Shown one piece after another: positions 1-9,069 of a DNA stretch of 64,000 bases. How positions within the stretch are numbered: the stretch's first letter is position 1; each line of letters starts with the position of its first letter. The DNA comes from an uncultured Pseudomonadota bacterium (lineage in GTDB: Bacteria > Pseudomonadota > Alphaproteobacteria > RF32 > CAG-239). The position numbers and the translations under genes are program-made. The stretch is from the NCBI GenBank assembly GCA_902793695.1, contig CADBEI010000007.1, positions 804-64,803 on the forward strand, given 5' to 3'. Below the pieces are notes generated by a model. It made no database searches, was not told the origin of the DNA, and saw only the letters and a list, made by a program, of their open reading frames with translations.

Positions 1-231
1 GAAAGAAATATGATTAAAATGCGTCAGAAGGAAGGGATTGCTATCGCCAAAGCAAAGGGCGTGTATTCAAAGGAACGGAGCAAGAAGTTATCTCTCTCGC
101 AACAAAAGGAATTAAAGCAGGATATTGAAAACAAAGTTCGTGTCTGTGTGATTTTGAAAAAATACGGCATCACCAAACCGACATACTATCGGTATAAAGA
201 TAGTTTATATAAAAAGAAGGCTATCGTTTAA
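1..231 (+). CDS. Serine recombinase/resolvase, C-terminal HTH part (5' truncated by window edge)
   Basis: The frame is open from base 1 (ERNMIKMRQKEGIAIAKAKG...). The pattern matches the linker plus HTH end of resolvase/invertase proteins (..AKAKG..., ITKPTYYRY). Confidence 0.55.
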   Translation, partial: ERNMIKMRQKEGIAIAKAKGVYSKERSKKLSLSQQKELKQDIENKVRVCVILKKYGITKPTYYRYKDSLYKKKAIV

Positions 232-546
232 GCACATTCAATAGAAAATGTAATTAAAGGATAGCCCTCTTTGAGTTTGTTTCGCCAAGTTTTGCGGTCG
301 TTTTGCTTTTTCTTGTTCGCTATGACTTTCTGGCGGTAAAGTCCATTATGATAAAGGTCAAAAAGCAAACATCGTTCTTCGCCTGTCTTAATTCGTTTTT
401 GTTTTCGTTTTTTCATTTTAAATCCTTTCTGTTATTGAGTTTCAACGGATTTATAACGATTCTCAACCAACTTGTCAATATAGCAAATTGAGCCGCCTGT
501 TAAACAAACGACTCACTCTCACACGCTTTAATGACAATAGTATTTA

Positions 547-1017
547 TTATCTGGCATCTTTATGGTAGCCAACATTTATGTATCCAAACAGTTGATTTAT
601 CAGGCACAACGCTACAAATGCTATTGGCGAAGCAAGCCAAATATTAAAGTCGCCGTAGATGTAAATAATAATAAATGTGAATGGGTAATACAACAGCGAT
701 GTCAGACAGCCGAAAAATAATTCTGTTAGATGAGGGATAGTATTGAGGCACCGTGTATATGGTGAAAACATTCTTCTATATACTTTATTGCCATTCATCC
801 CTACAATTTCCAGCAACAGAGCAAATCCTGTGCAAACAGCGTGTATCAGAAGCCAAAACCCTGTTGTAATAGGATAGAAAACGTCAATCTTTTCTTCATA
901 GCCATACACTTGCCGTTGCTCTATCTGGGCTTTAAGACCGATAAAATAAGCATAAAATACAATTAGCGTTAGAGTTATGTATTGTGCAGTCGTCATTCCG
1001 TTTCCTATATTTTCCAC
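547..1017 (-). CDS. Hypothetical integral membrane protein (about 4 TM segments)
   Basis: 156-aa ORF with several hydrophobic stretches. Its start overlaps the stop of the upstream gene by 13 nt, and it is the last gene of a co-oriented operon. Confidence 0.5.
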   Translation of the reverse strand: MENIGNGMTTAQYITLTLIVFYAYFIGLKAQIEQRQVYGYEEKIDVFYPITTGFWLLIHAVCTGFALLLEIVGMNGNKVYRRMFSPYTRCLNTIPHLTELFFGCLTSLLYYPFTFIIIYIYGDFNIWLASPIAFVALCLINQLFGYINVGYHKDAR

Positions 1018-1577
1018 TTTTCTTTCACAATTCTCATATTTTCTCTAATTTCTGCCACCAATTTTTCTAACGCCTCATCTTGCTCGGCTTCTTTCTTCAA
1101 AATCTCGTGTAATTCCATTGTTGTAATTTCCTGCCGCCAGTGTTTCATCAGCAAATCGTGATGCTGAACGACAAACCGTCTCACGGCTTCCACATCTTCG
1201 GATTTGATTTTTATAAACTCTTCATCTTCCAAAACTTGTGGATTTTTAGATATACTCATCGGCAACACGTCAAAATGTGCCTTATTGTCATAATGATTTT
1301 GAAAAGTCAGCAGAGGCTCCGAATAGTGAAGATACTTCGGTTTTCGTAGGCTTCCGATTTCATCAAGCCGCAAATCAACTGGCAGACCTGTATATTTCTT
1401 ATCCAGTGTTGCCCAGAAAAAAGCGTAATCTTCTTCAAAAGTCATCCACTGAATTTGTTTCAGCGTTAATTTTTTGACACACATTTGAATCTCTACGCCC
1501 TGACTTTCCAGCCACTCAATAAGGCTTTCTTTTGTTTCTCCTTTGAGCCAACGCTCCCAGAATCTTTGTTTAGTCAT
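1005..1577 (-). CDS. Hypothetical protein (190 aa), no recognisable motif
   Basis: Long ORF in an operon. An AAGGAGG-like RBS (taaggaggttaaaaATG) precedes the start. Confidence 0.55.
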   Translation of the reverse strand: MTKQRFWERWLKGETKESLIEWLESQGVEIQMCVKKLTLKQIQWMTFEEDYAFFWATLDKKYTGLPVDLRLDEIGSLRKPKYLHYSEPLLTFQNHYDNKAHFDVLPMSISKNPQVLEDEEFIKIKSEDVEAVRRFVVQHHDLLMKHWRQEITTMELHEILKKEAEQDEALEKLVAEIRENMRIVKEKWKI

Positions 1578-1719
1578 TTTTAACCTCCTTATTAAGTAAT
1601 TTTTCTCGCCTATCTCTCTCTATTACCCACTCTTCGTATTTGTTGTCTTCATAATCGTGGTAATAACCGAAATCATATATTATACTGAAAGTTTCTTCCT
1701 TATGATTCCAATGTTTCAT
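1570..1719 (-). CDS. Possible small protein (49 aa) translationally coupled to the downstream gene
   Basis: Read manually: MKHWNHKEETFSIIYDFGYYHDYEDNKYEEWVIERDRREKLLNKEVKND. Its stop overlaps the ATG of the 1005..1577 gene. It is below the ORF-track length cutoff. Confidence 0.3.
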   Translation of the reverse strand: MKHWNHKEETFSIIYDFGYYHDYEDNKYEEWVIERDRREKLLNKEVKND

Positions 1720-1820
1720 TAGCCCCACATAGAATTTTTGAATATCCCCAGTGAAACGGCTGATAAAAGAAAAATATGCGATTATTCAAAAGCCATAGAA
1801 CTATATGTCCGCAGAGACCT

Positions 1821-2906
1821 TTATTTTTTATCCATTTCATCGCAGGTCTCCTTCTTATTTTTTCTGATTTCACAAAGTTTTAAAATTTTTTCTTTTGCGT
1901 ATGGCTCTATATCCCACTCTTGAAACATATCAATTTTTTCAACAGGAAAGTCATATTCTATCAATTTTTCGTAGATAAAATCAAATATTCCCCGATGAAA
2001 GTCTTGATTACAGATATATGATACATATGGCAGTTCCCAATACAGCCATTCTTTCAAAGACATATATTTCATCAGGTGTTTGAACTGTGCAAACCTTCCG
2101 ATTTCTTCCAACATAAAGAATGGATGTAATATCGGCCCTATTTTATATGCTTCATCTTCCTTGTTATATCTGTTTCCTTTTAAGGAAAAATATCTGTCAA
2201 TAGCAGAGCAAGACAACAAATTGCTATATCTGTGATTATTATTTTTTCTTGTTGTGATTGTCAAAATATGCTTAAACAACATCAAATCTGATGTAAAGTA
2301 GAACACATATTTGAAATTCAATTTAATATTAAATCCAAACCATTCTCTTTTATAATCAAATGGTTTATAGAATACCAATTCAAGATAATATAAAAAAGGT
2401 AAAGCAAACTCTATCGCCCTGCCATAAGGACAATTTAGCCAATCCTCGTTAAATATCTTTACCCATTTTGATGTAAAATACTCCTTATATTTTTGACGAC
2501 GAGGTTGGGAAAATACAACAGGTTTGGTCAGTTCCTTATCATAATACGCTATTGTTTTATATCCGTCTTTTTTGATATTATCGTAATATCTATCAAGATG
2601 TAAGTCATAATTATCATAACAACCTGTGTGCCCAAGACGAATACTGAATTTTATTCCAAACAACATAAAACTTATCAAAACACGAGAATGTTTGATAAAG
2701 AATCCCCAATCAATAACTTCTTTTATATCAAAATCACCGATTATTCTAAATTCCAGAGAGCGAAATTTGCCTAATTTAAGGATTAACTCACCGCGATAAT
2801 CATCTGCAAATTTTGATAAATCCAATGTTATCACCTTATTAAAGAAACATAATTTTAGTGATTGGTAACGCTTGGTATATTCAAACCATTTAAATGATTT
2901 TATCAT
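1821..2906 (-). CDS. Hypothetical protein (361 aa), aromatic/Lys-rich, no recognisable motif
   Basis: Long ORF whose start overlaps the stop of the upstream gene by 17 nt. Confidence 0.55.
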   Translation of the reverse strand: MIKSFKWFEYTKRYQSLKLCFFNKVITLDLSKFADDYRGELILKLGKFRSLEFRIIGDFDIKEVIDWGFFIKHSRVLISFMLFGIKFSIRLGHTGCYDNYDLHLDRYYDNIKKDGYKTIAYYDKELTKPVVFSQPRRQKYKEYFTSKWVKIFNEDWLNCPYGRAIEFALPFLYYLELVFYKPFDYKREWFGFNIKLNFKYVFYFTSDLMLFKHILTITTRKNNNHRYSNLLSCSAIDRYFSLKGNRYNKEDEAYKIGPILHPFFMLEEIGRFAQFKHLMKYMSLKEWLYWELPYVSYICNQDFHRGIFDFIYEKLIEYDFPVEKIDMFQEWDIEPYAKEKILKLCEIRKNKKETCDEMDKK

Positions 2907-3513
2907 CGCTCAACTCCTTCTTTTCTAAAACATTTCTTACAACATCAATCGTCTTATAGGTTTGCCAGTTTTGATACTGATGCTTAAAAGCAAGATTTGC
3001 TTTCCTAACCTTTTCCAGCAATTCTGATGGCAATGCCAGAGGATTTTTGCCATCTTTATGTTCTCGGGAAATCCGTTCTATCCGTCCGTTTTTAATGTAA
3101 TCAATAATGATTTTTTGCCCGTAGTGGGTAATAACCTGATAGGAAATGATTGGGTTTCCATTATAGCAAAAACCGTTATCCCATAGGCTAAACAGGTCTT
3201 TGAGGTGGATTTTGTAGTCAGACGATGAGTTCCAAGCCGCACCGCCGACCATTCCAGCATTGCGGTATGGCAGAAGAAAATCAACAATGATTTGGCTCAA
3301 CCCGAAATCAGATTGAAAATGTTTTTTATGTTTAATGAAGAAGTCCAAATTAGCCACAAACCAGCGTCTATCAATCTCCTGCTGACGCTGATATAACTTA
3401 CCAAACGCACTTTGGGTTGCTGCGAGTTCGTGGCGTAATTCTTGTTCTGCTGTTTGGATTTTATTATAAATGTCAGCATATCGCTGACGATAGTCATTAA
3501 GACTTAAACTCAT
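2890..3513 (-). CDS. Hypothetical protein (207 aa)
   Basis: I chose the internal ATG at 3513 (MSLSLNDY...) because it is preceded by aaggagaaagaaaATG. It is the first gene of the minus-strand operon. Confidence 0.5.
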   Translation of the reverse strand: MSLSLNDYRQRYADIYNKIQTAEQELRHELAATQSAFGKLYQRQQEIDRRWFVANLDFFIKHKKHFQSDFGLSQIIVDFLLPYRNAGMVGGAAWNSSSDYKIHLKDLFSLWDNGFCYNGNPIISYQVITHYGQKIIIDYIKNGRIERISREHKDGKNPLALPSELLEKVRKANLAFKHQYQNWQTYKTIDVVRNVLEKKELSDDKII

Positions 3514-3669
3514 TTTCTTTCTCCTTTTAGTCCGCTTAAAGTGGGACAAGTTGGGTTATAAATTCACTTTTTGAAATGCTTTTCTGGCATCTCGTTGTTT
3601 ATTGTATAACACGATGGATTGAAAAAATCAAGCGGTATTTTTTTAGAATATGTCAGATTTTGACATAGT

Positions 3670-4287
3670 TTAGGTAGCAAGTTCTTCTTGTTGAATAGAT
3701 GTCTTTATATATCGTTGTAATGTGCTCCACGAGCAATCAAGAAGCCGTGATATTTCAGATTTTGAAACCTTTTTATTAAGCAATTCTACTATTTTCTTAT
3801 GTTTTCTCTTTAACTTTTGTGAGGTTTTACCAAGCGGTCGTCCTATATGTTTATGTTCTGCTTTGAGCCGAGCCAAACTTTCTTTGGTTCTTTGAGATAT
3901 CAGTTGGCGTTCAATTTCGCTTGCCAGAGTAAAAGAGAAAGCAAGTGCTTTACTTTGTATATCATCTCCGAGCCGATAGTTTTCTTTCAATGTCCATATT
4001 TTCGTTTCACGCTCCAAGCAAGTGTTTAGAATACCCATAACTTCAAGCATACTCCTTCCTAAACGACTTAATTCTGTGGCAATCAAGATGTCATCTTTTT
4101 TTAGTTTTTTGAGTAGTTTTCCGAGTTTTCGTTCTTTAAGGGGTTTCCGAGATGATATGGTTTCCTCCACCCAGACAGAGATGTTTATATTATTTTTTTC
4201 ACAAAACTCATTAAGAGCAAAGCGTTGATTTTCCAGAGTTTGAAGATTTGATGAAACGCGAGTGTAAGCATAAATAGTCATAAGCAA
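3670..4287 (-). CDS. Serine recombinase (resolvase/invertase family)
   Basis: The N-terminal catalytic motif is IYAYTRVSSNLQTLENQ, and the protein has a C-terminal HTH (SKSEISRLLDCSWSTLQRYI). Confidence 0.85.
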   Translation of the reverse strand: MLMTIYAYTRVSSNLQTLENQRFALNEFCEKNNINISVWVEETISSRKPLKERKLGKLLKKLKKDDILIATELSRLGRSMLEVMGILNTCLERETKIWTLKENYRLGDDIQSKALAFSFTLASEIERQLISQRTKESLARLKAEHKHIGRPLGKTSQKLKRKHKKIVELLNKKVSKSEISRLLDCSWSTLQRYIKTSIQQEELAT

Positions 4288-4354
4288 AATTCCTTTATGT
4301 TGTTGAATCTATATGACTATTTATCAAAATTTTACTATTTCATAAAACAGTCCA

Positions 4355-6052
4355 GTGTTTGATTATATACGAATAAATAGAGCAAAATTGCTTCACCAGA
4401 ATTGGACTATTATGACGAAGAATCTGGAAGTGGTAAAGAAAGAATTATTGGCTCAAATTGAGAAAAGAGTTAATGATAAAATTATTGAACCTACTAACGC
4501 AGCAATACTTAATAAACTAATTAGCCGAGCAGAAGATGTAAATGAAGCAATCGCTATTGCCACGCTTGGAACTACTTACAAGCGAACAGGATTTCACTTT
4601 GATGCACGATTAGAAAAAACGGATGATAATACCATTAAATATTTTAAGAAAAATGATAAATTATCCTTTCAAACTTCACCTGATTCTATAACTCATAAAC
4701 TCATTATAGGTGATAATTATCAAGCACTTCAAAATCTTCTGATTGAATATAAAAATAAGGTAGATGTCATCTATATAGACCCTCCTTACGGCAAAGACAG
4801 TATGGGCGAATTTGCTGAAACCAACTATGATAATTCTCTTACAAGAGATAATTTACTATCTATGTTGTATCCTCGTTTGATATTAGCCAAACAACTTTTA
4901 TCTGATGACGGTGTTATCTTTTGTAGTATAGATGACAAGAATCAAGCCTATGTTAAGTGCCTGTTTGATGAGATTTTTGATGAATGTAAGTTTATTGGTG
5001 TCTTGCCACGGATAACAAAAAAATCTGGAAAAACAACCACTACTATTCAAAAAAATCACGATTATTTAATATGCTATTCAATGAGTGATACCCCTTTATT
5101 TATGAAATCAGAAAAAGACAATAGTAGTTATGATTTAGAAGATAAGCATTTGGAAAAAAGAGGACCATATAAACTGACCCAAACATTAGATTATAATTCT
5201 TTATCTTATTCTCCGTCTCTTGATTACGAAATATCTTTTCAAGGGAAAATTTTTGTTCCTGGTGGAGACAGAATTGCGTATGAAGAAAGAAAAAAAGGTA
5301 ATCATCAATCTTATGATTGGACTTGGAGATGGAGTAAGGAGGCCTTTATATGGGGAATCGAAAATGATTTCATTGTATTAAAAGGTGATAGGATTTATAC
5401 CAAAACATACTTAAAATGTAGAAAAAAAACAGGATGTTTAGAAATAGAATATACAGAAGGAAAACCTTATACTACGATGGAGTTTATTGAGGAAAATAAA
5501 TATTCCAATGATAATGGAAAAAAGAAACTAAAAGAAATTATTCCAAATGGTGATTCTTTGTTTAGCAACCCTAAACCGCCTATTCTTATAAACAAGTTAA
5601 TTTCAATGGTCTGCGATAAAGATAATGCAGTAATCCTTGACTTCTTTGCTGGTTCTGGCACGACAGGACAAGCAGTATTGGAACTAAATAAAGAAGATGG
5701 TGGTTCTCGTCAGTTTATTTTAGCCCAATTAAATGAAATTACGAAAACAACACCTAATGGTATTGTTTATGATGTCTTATCAAAGCGTCTTAAAAGAATA
5801 ATGACAGGTGAATGTTATGATGGAACAAAGGATTTTGAGTGGATTACAAAGAACCAGCCATTAGGTGATAATCTCGATGTATATGATATAGCATCAGTTT
5901 CTAATGCCTCAAATATCAAAGATAAGACACCTTTTGATGTTATAGATGAAACATTATACGGAAAAGAGAAGTTCAAAACAGTGAAAGAAAAAATCGAATG
6001 GGTTATAGATAACTTCGAACATACCCAAAAATATCTTGATGGAGAAGAATAA
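4355..6052 (+). CDS. mod: Type III restriction-modification system methyltransferase (Mod; N6-adenine/N4-cytosine class)
   Basis: Motif IV is DVIYIDPPYG. Motif I, FFAGSGTTGQAV, lies near the C-terminus, the beta-class order typical of Type III Mod. The start is uncertain: GTG at 4355 or ATG at 4412. Confidence 0.85.
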   Translation: MFDYIRINRAKLLHQNWTIMTKNLEVVKKELLAQIEKRVNDKIIEPTNAAILNKLISRAEDVNEAIAIATLGTTYKRTGFHFDARLEKTDDNTIKYFKKNDKLSFQTSPDSITHKLIIGDNYQALQNLLIEYKNKVDVIYIDPPYGKDSMGEFAETNYDNSLTRDNLLSMLYPRLILAKQLLSDDGVIFCSIDDKNQAYVKCLFDEIFDECKFIGVLPRITKKSGKTTTTIQKNHDYLICYSMSDTPLFMKSEKDNSSYDLEDKHLEKRGPYKLTQTLDYNSLSYSPSLDYEISFQGKIFVPGGDRIAYEERKKGNHQSYDWTWRWSKEAFIWGIENDFIVLKGDRIYTKTYLKCRKKTGCLEIEYTEGKPYTTMEFIEENKYSNDNGKKKLKEIIPNGDSLFSNPKPPILINKLISMVCDKDNAVILDFFAGSGTTGQAVLELNKEDGGSRQFILAQLNEITKTTPNGIVYDVLSKRLKRIMTGECYDGTKDFEWITKNQPLGDNLDVYDIASVSNASNIKDKTPFDVIDETLYGKEKFKTVKEKIEWVIDNFEHTQKYLDGEE

Positions 6053-8124
6053 TGCTTTCAGAAGCCATTGAATTACAGAAAGATGCCGTCAAAAAACTGG
6101 TAGAATGTACTTTATCAACAAGAGAAAATATTGTTTTCAAAGCACCAACGGGATGCGGTAAAACATATATGATGGCAGATATGATAGACCAGTTACTCGT
6201 TCATCCTGATAGACTAAAAGGATATGATACTTCTGTTAAAGACATCGTATTTCTTGTATCCTCGTTGTCTAAAAGTGATTTGGCTAAACAGAATTATGAA
6301 AAGTTTTGTGAATATAGTGATAAAAAATTCTTTTCTAATTTAAAACCATATTTAATAAATAGCGAGATAGCAGGAGAAGAGCGGTTATTTATACCTACTG
6401 ATTATAATGTATATTTCCTTCCGAGAGATTTATATAGGCACAATGCTCGTTTAATGCGTGGTGCTATGGAAAGTTTTTTACAAAATTTGACAGCACCAAC
6501 CACATTAGAAGGGAAAGGTAAGCGAATAATTTTAGTAAAAGACGAATGTCAGATTGCAACTAATAATTTGGATGGTCTTAACAGTTATTTTGATAAAATT
6601 ATCAATTTCTCTGCGACACCAAGATTGGGACGAGGACAACAACCCACCGTTGAAATAACAGAAGAAGATGCTGTTGCTGCTAAAATTATTAAATCTGTAA
6701 ATTGGCAGAGTGATGATGAAACACTTTCGGATGCTATTAATAAGTATATAGAAATAAAAGAAAAATATCAGAAGTTGTTTGGTTTTAAGCCGTGCTTAAT
6801 TATACAGATATCAAATCAAGACAGAGCCGATGAAGAAATAGAACAGATTCAAAGAGAAATTAACAATAGAACTGAATTACAGTGGATGCTAATTGTCGGT
6901 GAGGATAGAAATTGTGACACTAATAACATTATTAGAAAATATCCTGTTTCCTTATGGAAGGATAAGGTTAAGGAGAATATTTCCACCATAGATATTATAA
7001 TTTTTAAAATGGTAATAACAGAGGGTTGGGATATTCCACGAGCCTGTATGTTATACCAAATAAGAGATGTTAATAGTTCTCAATTAAACGAACAAGTTAT
7101 AGGACGGATAAGAAGAAATCCTAAATTATTAGATTATGAAACTCTAACCCCAGAGCAACAAGAATTAGCATTACAATCTTGGGTTTGGGGAGTTCATAAT
7201 AACGAAGCGGAAACAAGACAATGGAAATCTGTGAAATTACAAGAGAAAGAATTTGCTTCTGATATAAAGATTAAGACAACTAAACTTAAAAGTCTTGATG
7301 AAAATAATAAAAACTTTGATATAAACTCTTTTATAAAGAAACAGGATGCCATTATTGCTCCAAACAATATTTTTGATTTAGGAAGAAAAATCAGAAAATT
7401 AGATAGTAAGCTACAAGAAAAAATATATGATTATGCCACTGACTATCAAAAATGGTGGGAGATAGCCGAACACACAAATGCTCTTAAAAAAGAATATGAC
7501 ACCTATATTTGTAATTACGAAGAAAGTATGGAAATAACACAAGAAAATGGTAAAGATAAAGAAGTTTCTTTCCCTATTACTTCACAATATTTAGATACCT
7601 CACATATATTAGAAATTGAAGATAGTGTGTGGATGATAAAAGGAAATACTAATGACAGTGATTTTTCTTTTGATAGTGCTGCGGAAAGGAGGTGGGCGAG
7701 AGAACTGCAAAGGATAGCAATGAGAGGATTGGTCGCAGAACCATCAAAAAATGGCTTATTTAGTGGAGATAAAGAAATCTACTTATGGGGCAAAAATTAC
7801 ATACCAAATTCAGATATAAAATATGAATATTATCTTAATGGCATACATTCTTCATATCCTGATTTCATAATGAAAGACAGAAAAGGAAATATCCATATTT
7901 TTGAGGTTAAAAGTGTTAATATAAGTAAAGAACACATTATTGACACAGATGAATACAATAAAAAAATTGAGGAACTTAAAAAGTCATATAAACAAGCATC
8001 AAAATTAACCCAGCATATTTTTTACCTACCATTATTGAAAGATAATGATTGGAGGATTACCAGATACCAAGGTGGCGTGGAAGATATGATAAACGAAAAA
8101 ATGTTTGAAGAGAGTCTTAAATAA
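6052..8124 (+). CDS. res: Type III restriction enzyme Res subunit (SF2 helicase + C-terminal PD-(D/E)xK nuclease)
   Basis: Walker A is APTGCGKT, motif II is VKDECQ and motif VI is QVIGRIRRN. The C-terminal YPDF...IHIFEVKS is a nuclease motif. The start overlaps the mod stop (TAATG). Confidence 0.8.
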   Translation: MLSEAIELQKDAVKKLVECTLSTRENIVFKAPTGCGKTYMMADMIDQLLVHPDRLKGYDTSVKDIVFLVSSLSKSDLAKQNYEKFCEYSDKKFFSNLKPYLINSEIAGEERLFIPTDYNVYFLPRDLYRHNARLMRGAMESFLQNLTAPTTLEGKGKRIILVKDECQIATNNLDGLNSYFDKIINFSATPRLGRGQQPTVEITEEDAVAAKIIKSVNWQSDDETLSDAINKYIEIKEKYQKLFGFKPCLIIQISNQDRADEEIEQIQREINNRTELQWMLIVGEDRNCDTNNIIRKYPVSLWKDKVKENISTIDIIIFKMVITEGWDIPRACMLYQIRDVNSSQLNEQVIGRIRRNPKLLDYETLTPEQQELALQSWVWGVHNNEAETRQWKSVKLQEKEFASDIKIKTTKLKSLDENNKNFDINSFIKKQDAIIAPNNIFDLGRKIRKLDSKLQEKIYDYATDYQKWWEIAEHTNALKKEYDTYICNYEESMEITQENGKDKEVSFPITSQYLDTSHILEIEDSVWMIKGNTNDSDFSFDSAAERRWARELQRIAMRGLVAEPSKNGLFSGDKEIYLWGKNYIPNSDIKYEYYLNGIHSSYPDFIMKDRKGNIHIFEVKSVNISKEHIIDTDEYNKKIEELKKSYKQASKLTQHIFYLPLLKDNDWRITRYQGGVEDMINEKMFEESLK

Positions 8125-8266
8125 TCTCTGTCAGATTCTGACATAGTTCAAAAAATTATACTTGATTTGTGAATTATTATGTGGTAATCCATCTTATGAA
8201 TGGTGGTTATTTATAATCCAACTTGTTTGCCACCTTTATAAACAAATAACTAAAAGGAGACATAAT

Positions 8267-9055
8267 ATGAATCTAATTAAAACATTTTCCGTAATTTTGG
8301 CTTTGATAATGCTCGCTAACCCAGCGTGGTGTGGCGATTCGCAGGCTTTTGATAACTATGCGGTATCAGAAGCAACCCATCATCAAAATGTTGATATTCT
8401 CAAAGATTACATTATCAAGTTTCACGCCCGTGGCGGAGCATTTATCGTGCTTGATACCGAAACAAAAGACCTTATTGATAAGCAGTTTGTCGGCAGCGTT
8501 TGGGAAGGTTTCCCAATCTGGTCGCACAATGCTTTGCGTTTGTTTAACTATGCTATCGGACTTCATACAGGTGCCATAAAAGAAAACGAAAAAATTATCT
8601 TAAATGTCAGAGATTCCAAACTGTTTGACCGTATCGCCAAAGCCGACCGCGAGGCTTATATGAAACCATATATCGTCAAAGATACTGCGATGCCGATGAC
8701 ATTATTGCTCGCTTACATTAAGTTATTCAAAAACGCTGATGGCTACTTGACCGAATCGCAAATCGCTAAACTTAAATCCGCCTTATCGGAAAATGTTAAA
8801 ACAGGCAAGGCAACACGAGCCAACGTTGAGGGAGCGAGTGTGGCAGGATTAGGCTCTACAACGGATAAAGATAAGGACGGTAAAGAAGTTTATACCGTTT
8901 TTGTGGGCGAGTTTGAGGCAAACGGCAAGAATTATGCCATTATAACGCTTTTGGACGAGCCAGAGGCGTTACAATCCACTTATGGATTCAACACAACAGG
9001 TTGGAACACGGCACCAATGACAGCCGAAATAATCAAGAATATCGGCACTAAATAA
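8267..9055 (+). CDS. Secreted penicillin-binding-protein transpeptidase-like protein with degenerate catalytic motifs
   Basis: The signal peptide is MNLIKTFSVILALIMLANPAWCG, and an AGGAG RBS precedes ATG 8267. The C-terminus TYGFNTTGWNTAPMTAEIIKNI parallels the FtsI of this window (TYGFTTAGWNAVPITRNIIAAV). The SxxK position reads HNALR and the KTG position reads GLGSTT. Confidence 0.5.
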   Translation: MNLIKTFSVILALIMLANPAWCGDSQAFDNYAVSEATHHQNVDILKDYIIKFHARGGAFIVLDTETKDLIDKQFVGSVWEGFPIWSHNALRLFNYAIGLHTGAIKENEKIILNVRDSKLFDRIAKADREAYMKPYIVKDTAMPMTLLLAYIKLFKNADGYLTESQIAKLKSALSENVKTGKATRANVEGASVAGLGSTTDKDKDGKEVYTVFVGEFEANGKNYAIITLLDEPEALQSTYGFNTTGWNTAPMTAEIIKNIGTK

Positions 9056-9069
9056 TCGGGAGAAGGACT

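Noticed and set aside
228-416. 62-aa highly basic ORF on the minus strand after the truncated resolvase gene
   Set aside because: It has no RBS or motif support and competes with an equally long plus-strand ORF (303..491). The evidence is insufficient to call either.
4282-4392. 9-nt direct repeat AGCAAAATT flanking the mod/recombinase divergent promoter, considered as invertible-promoter boundaries
   Set aside because: The repeats are direct, not inverted, and short enough to arise by chance in AT-rich sequence.
8162-8266. Upstream extension of the PBP-like ORF, and similarly 24861..25115 for the 25116 gene
   Set aside because: The internal ATGs have AGGAG ribosome-binding sites and, for 8267, begin a canonical signal peptide. 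The extensions are Cys/Leu-rich read-through of intergenic DNA.
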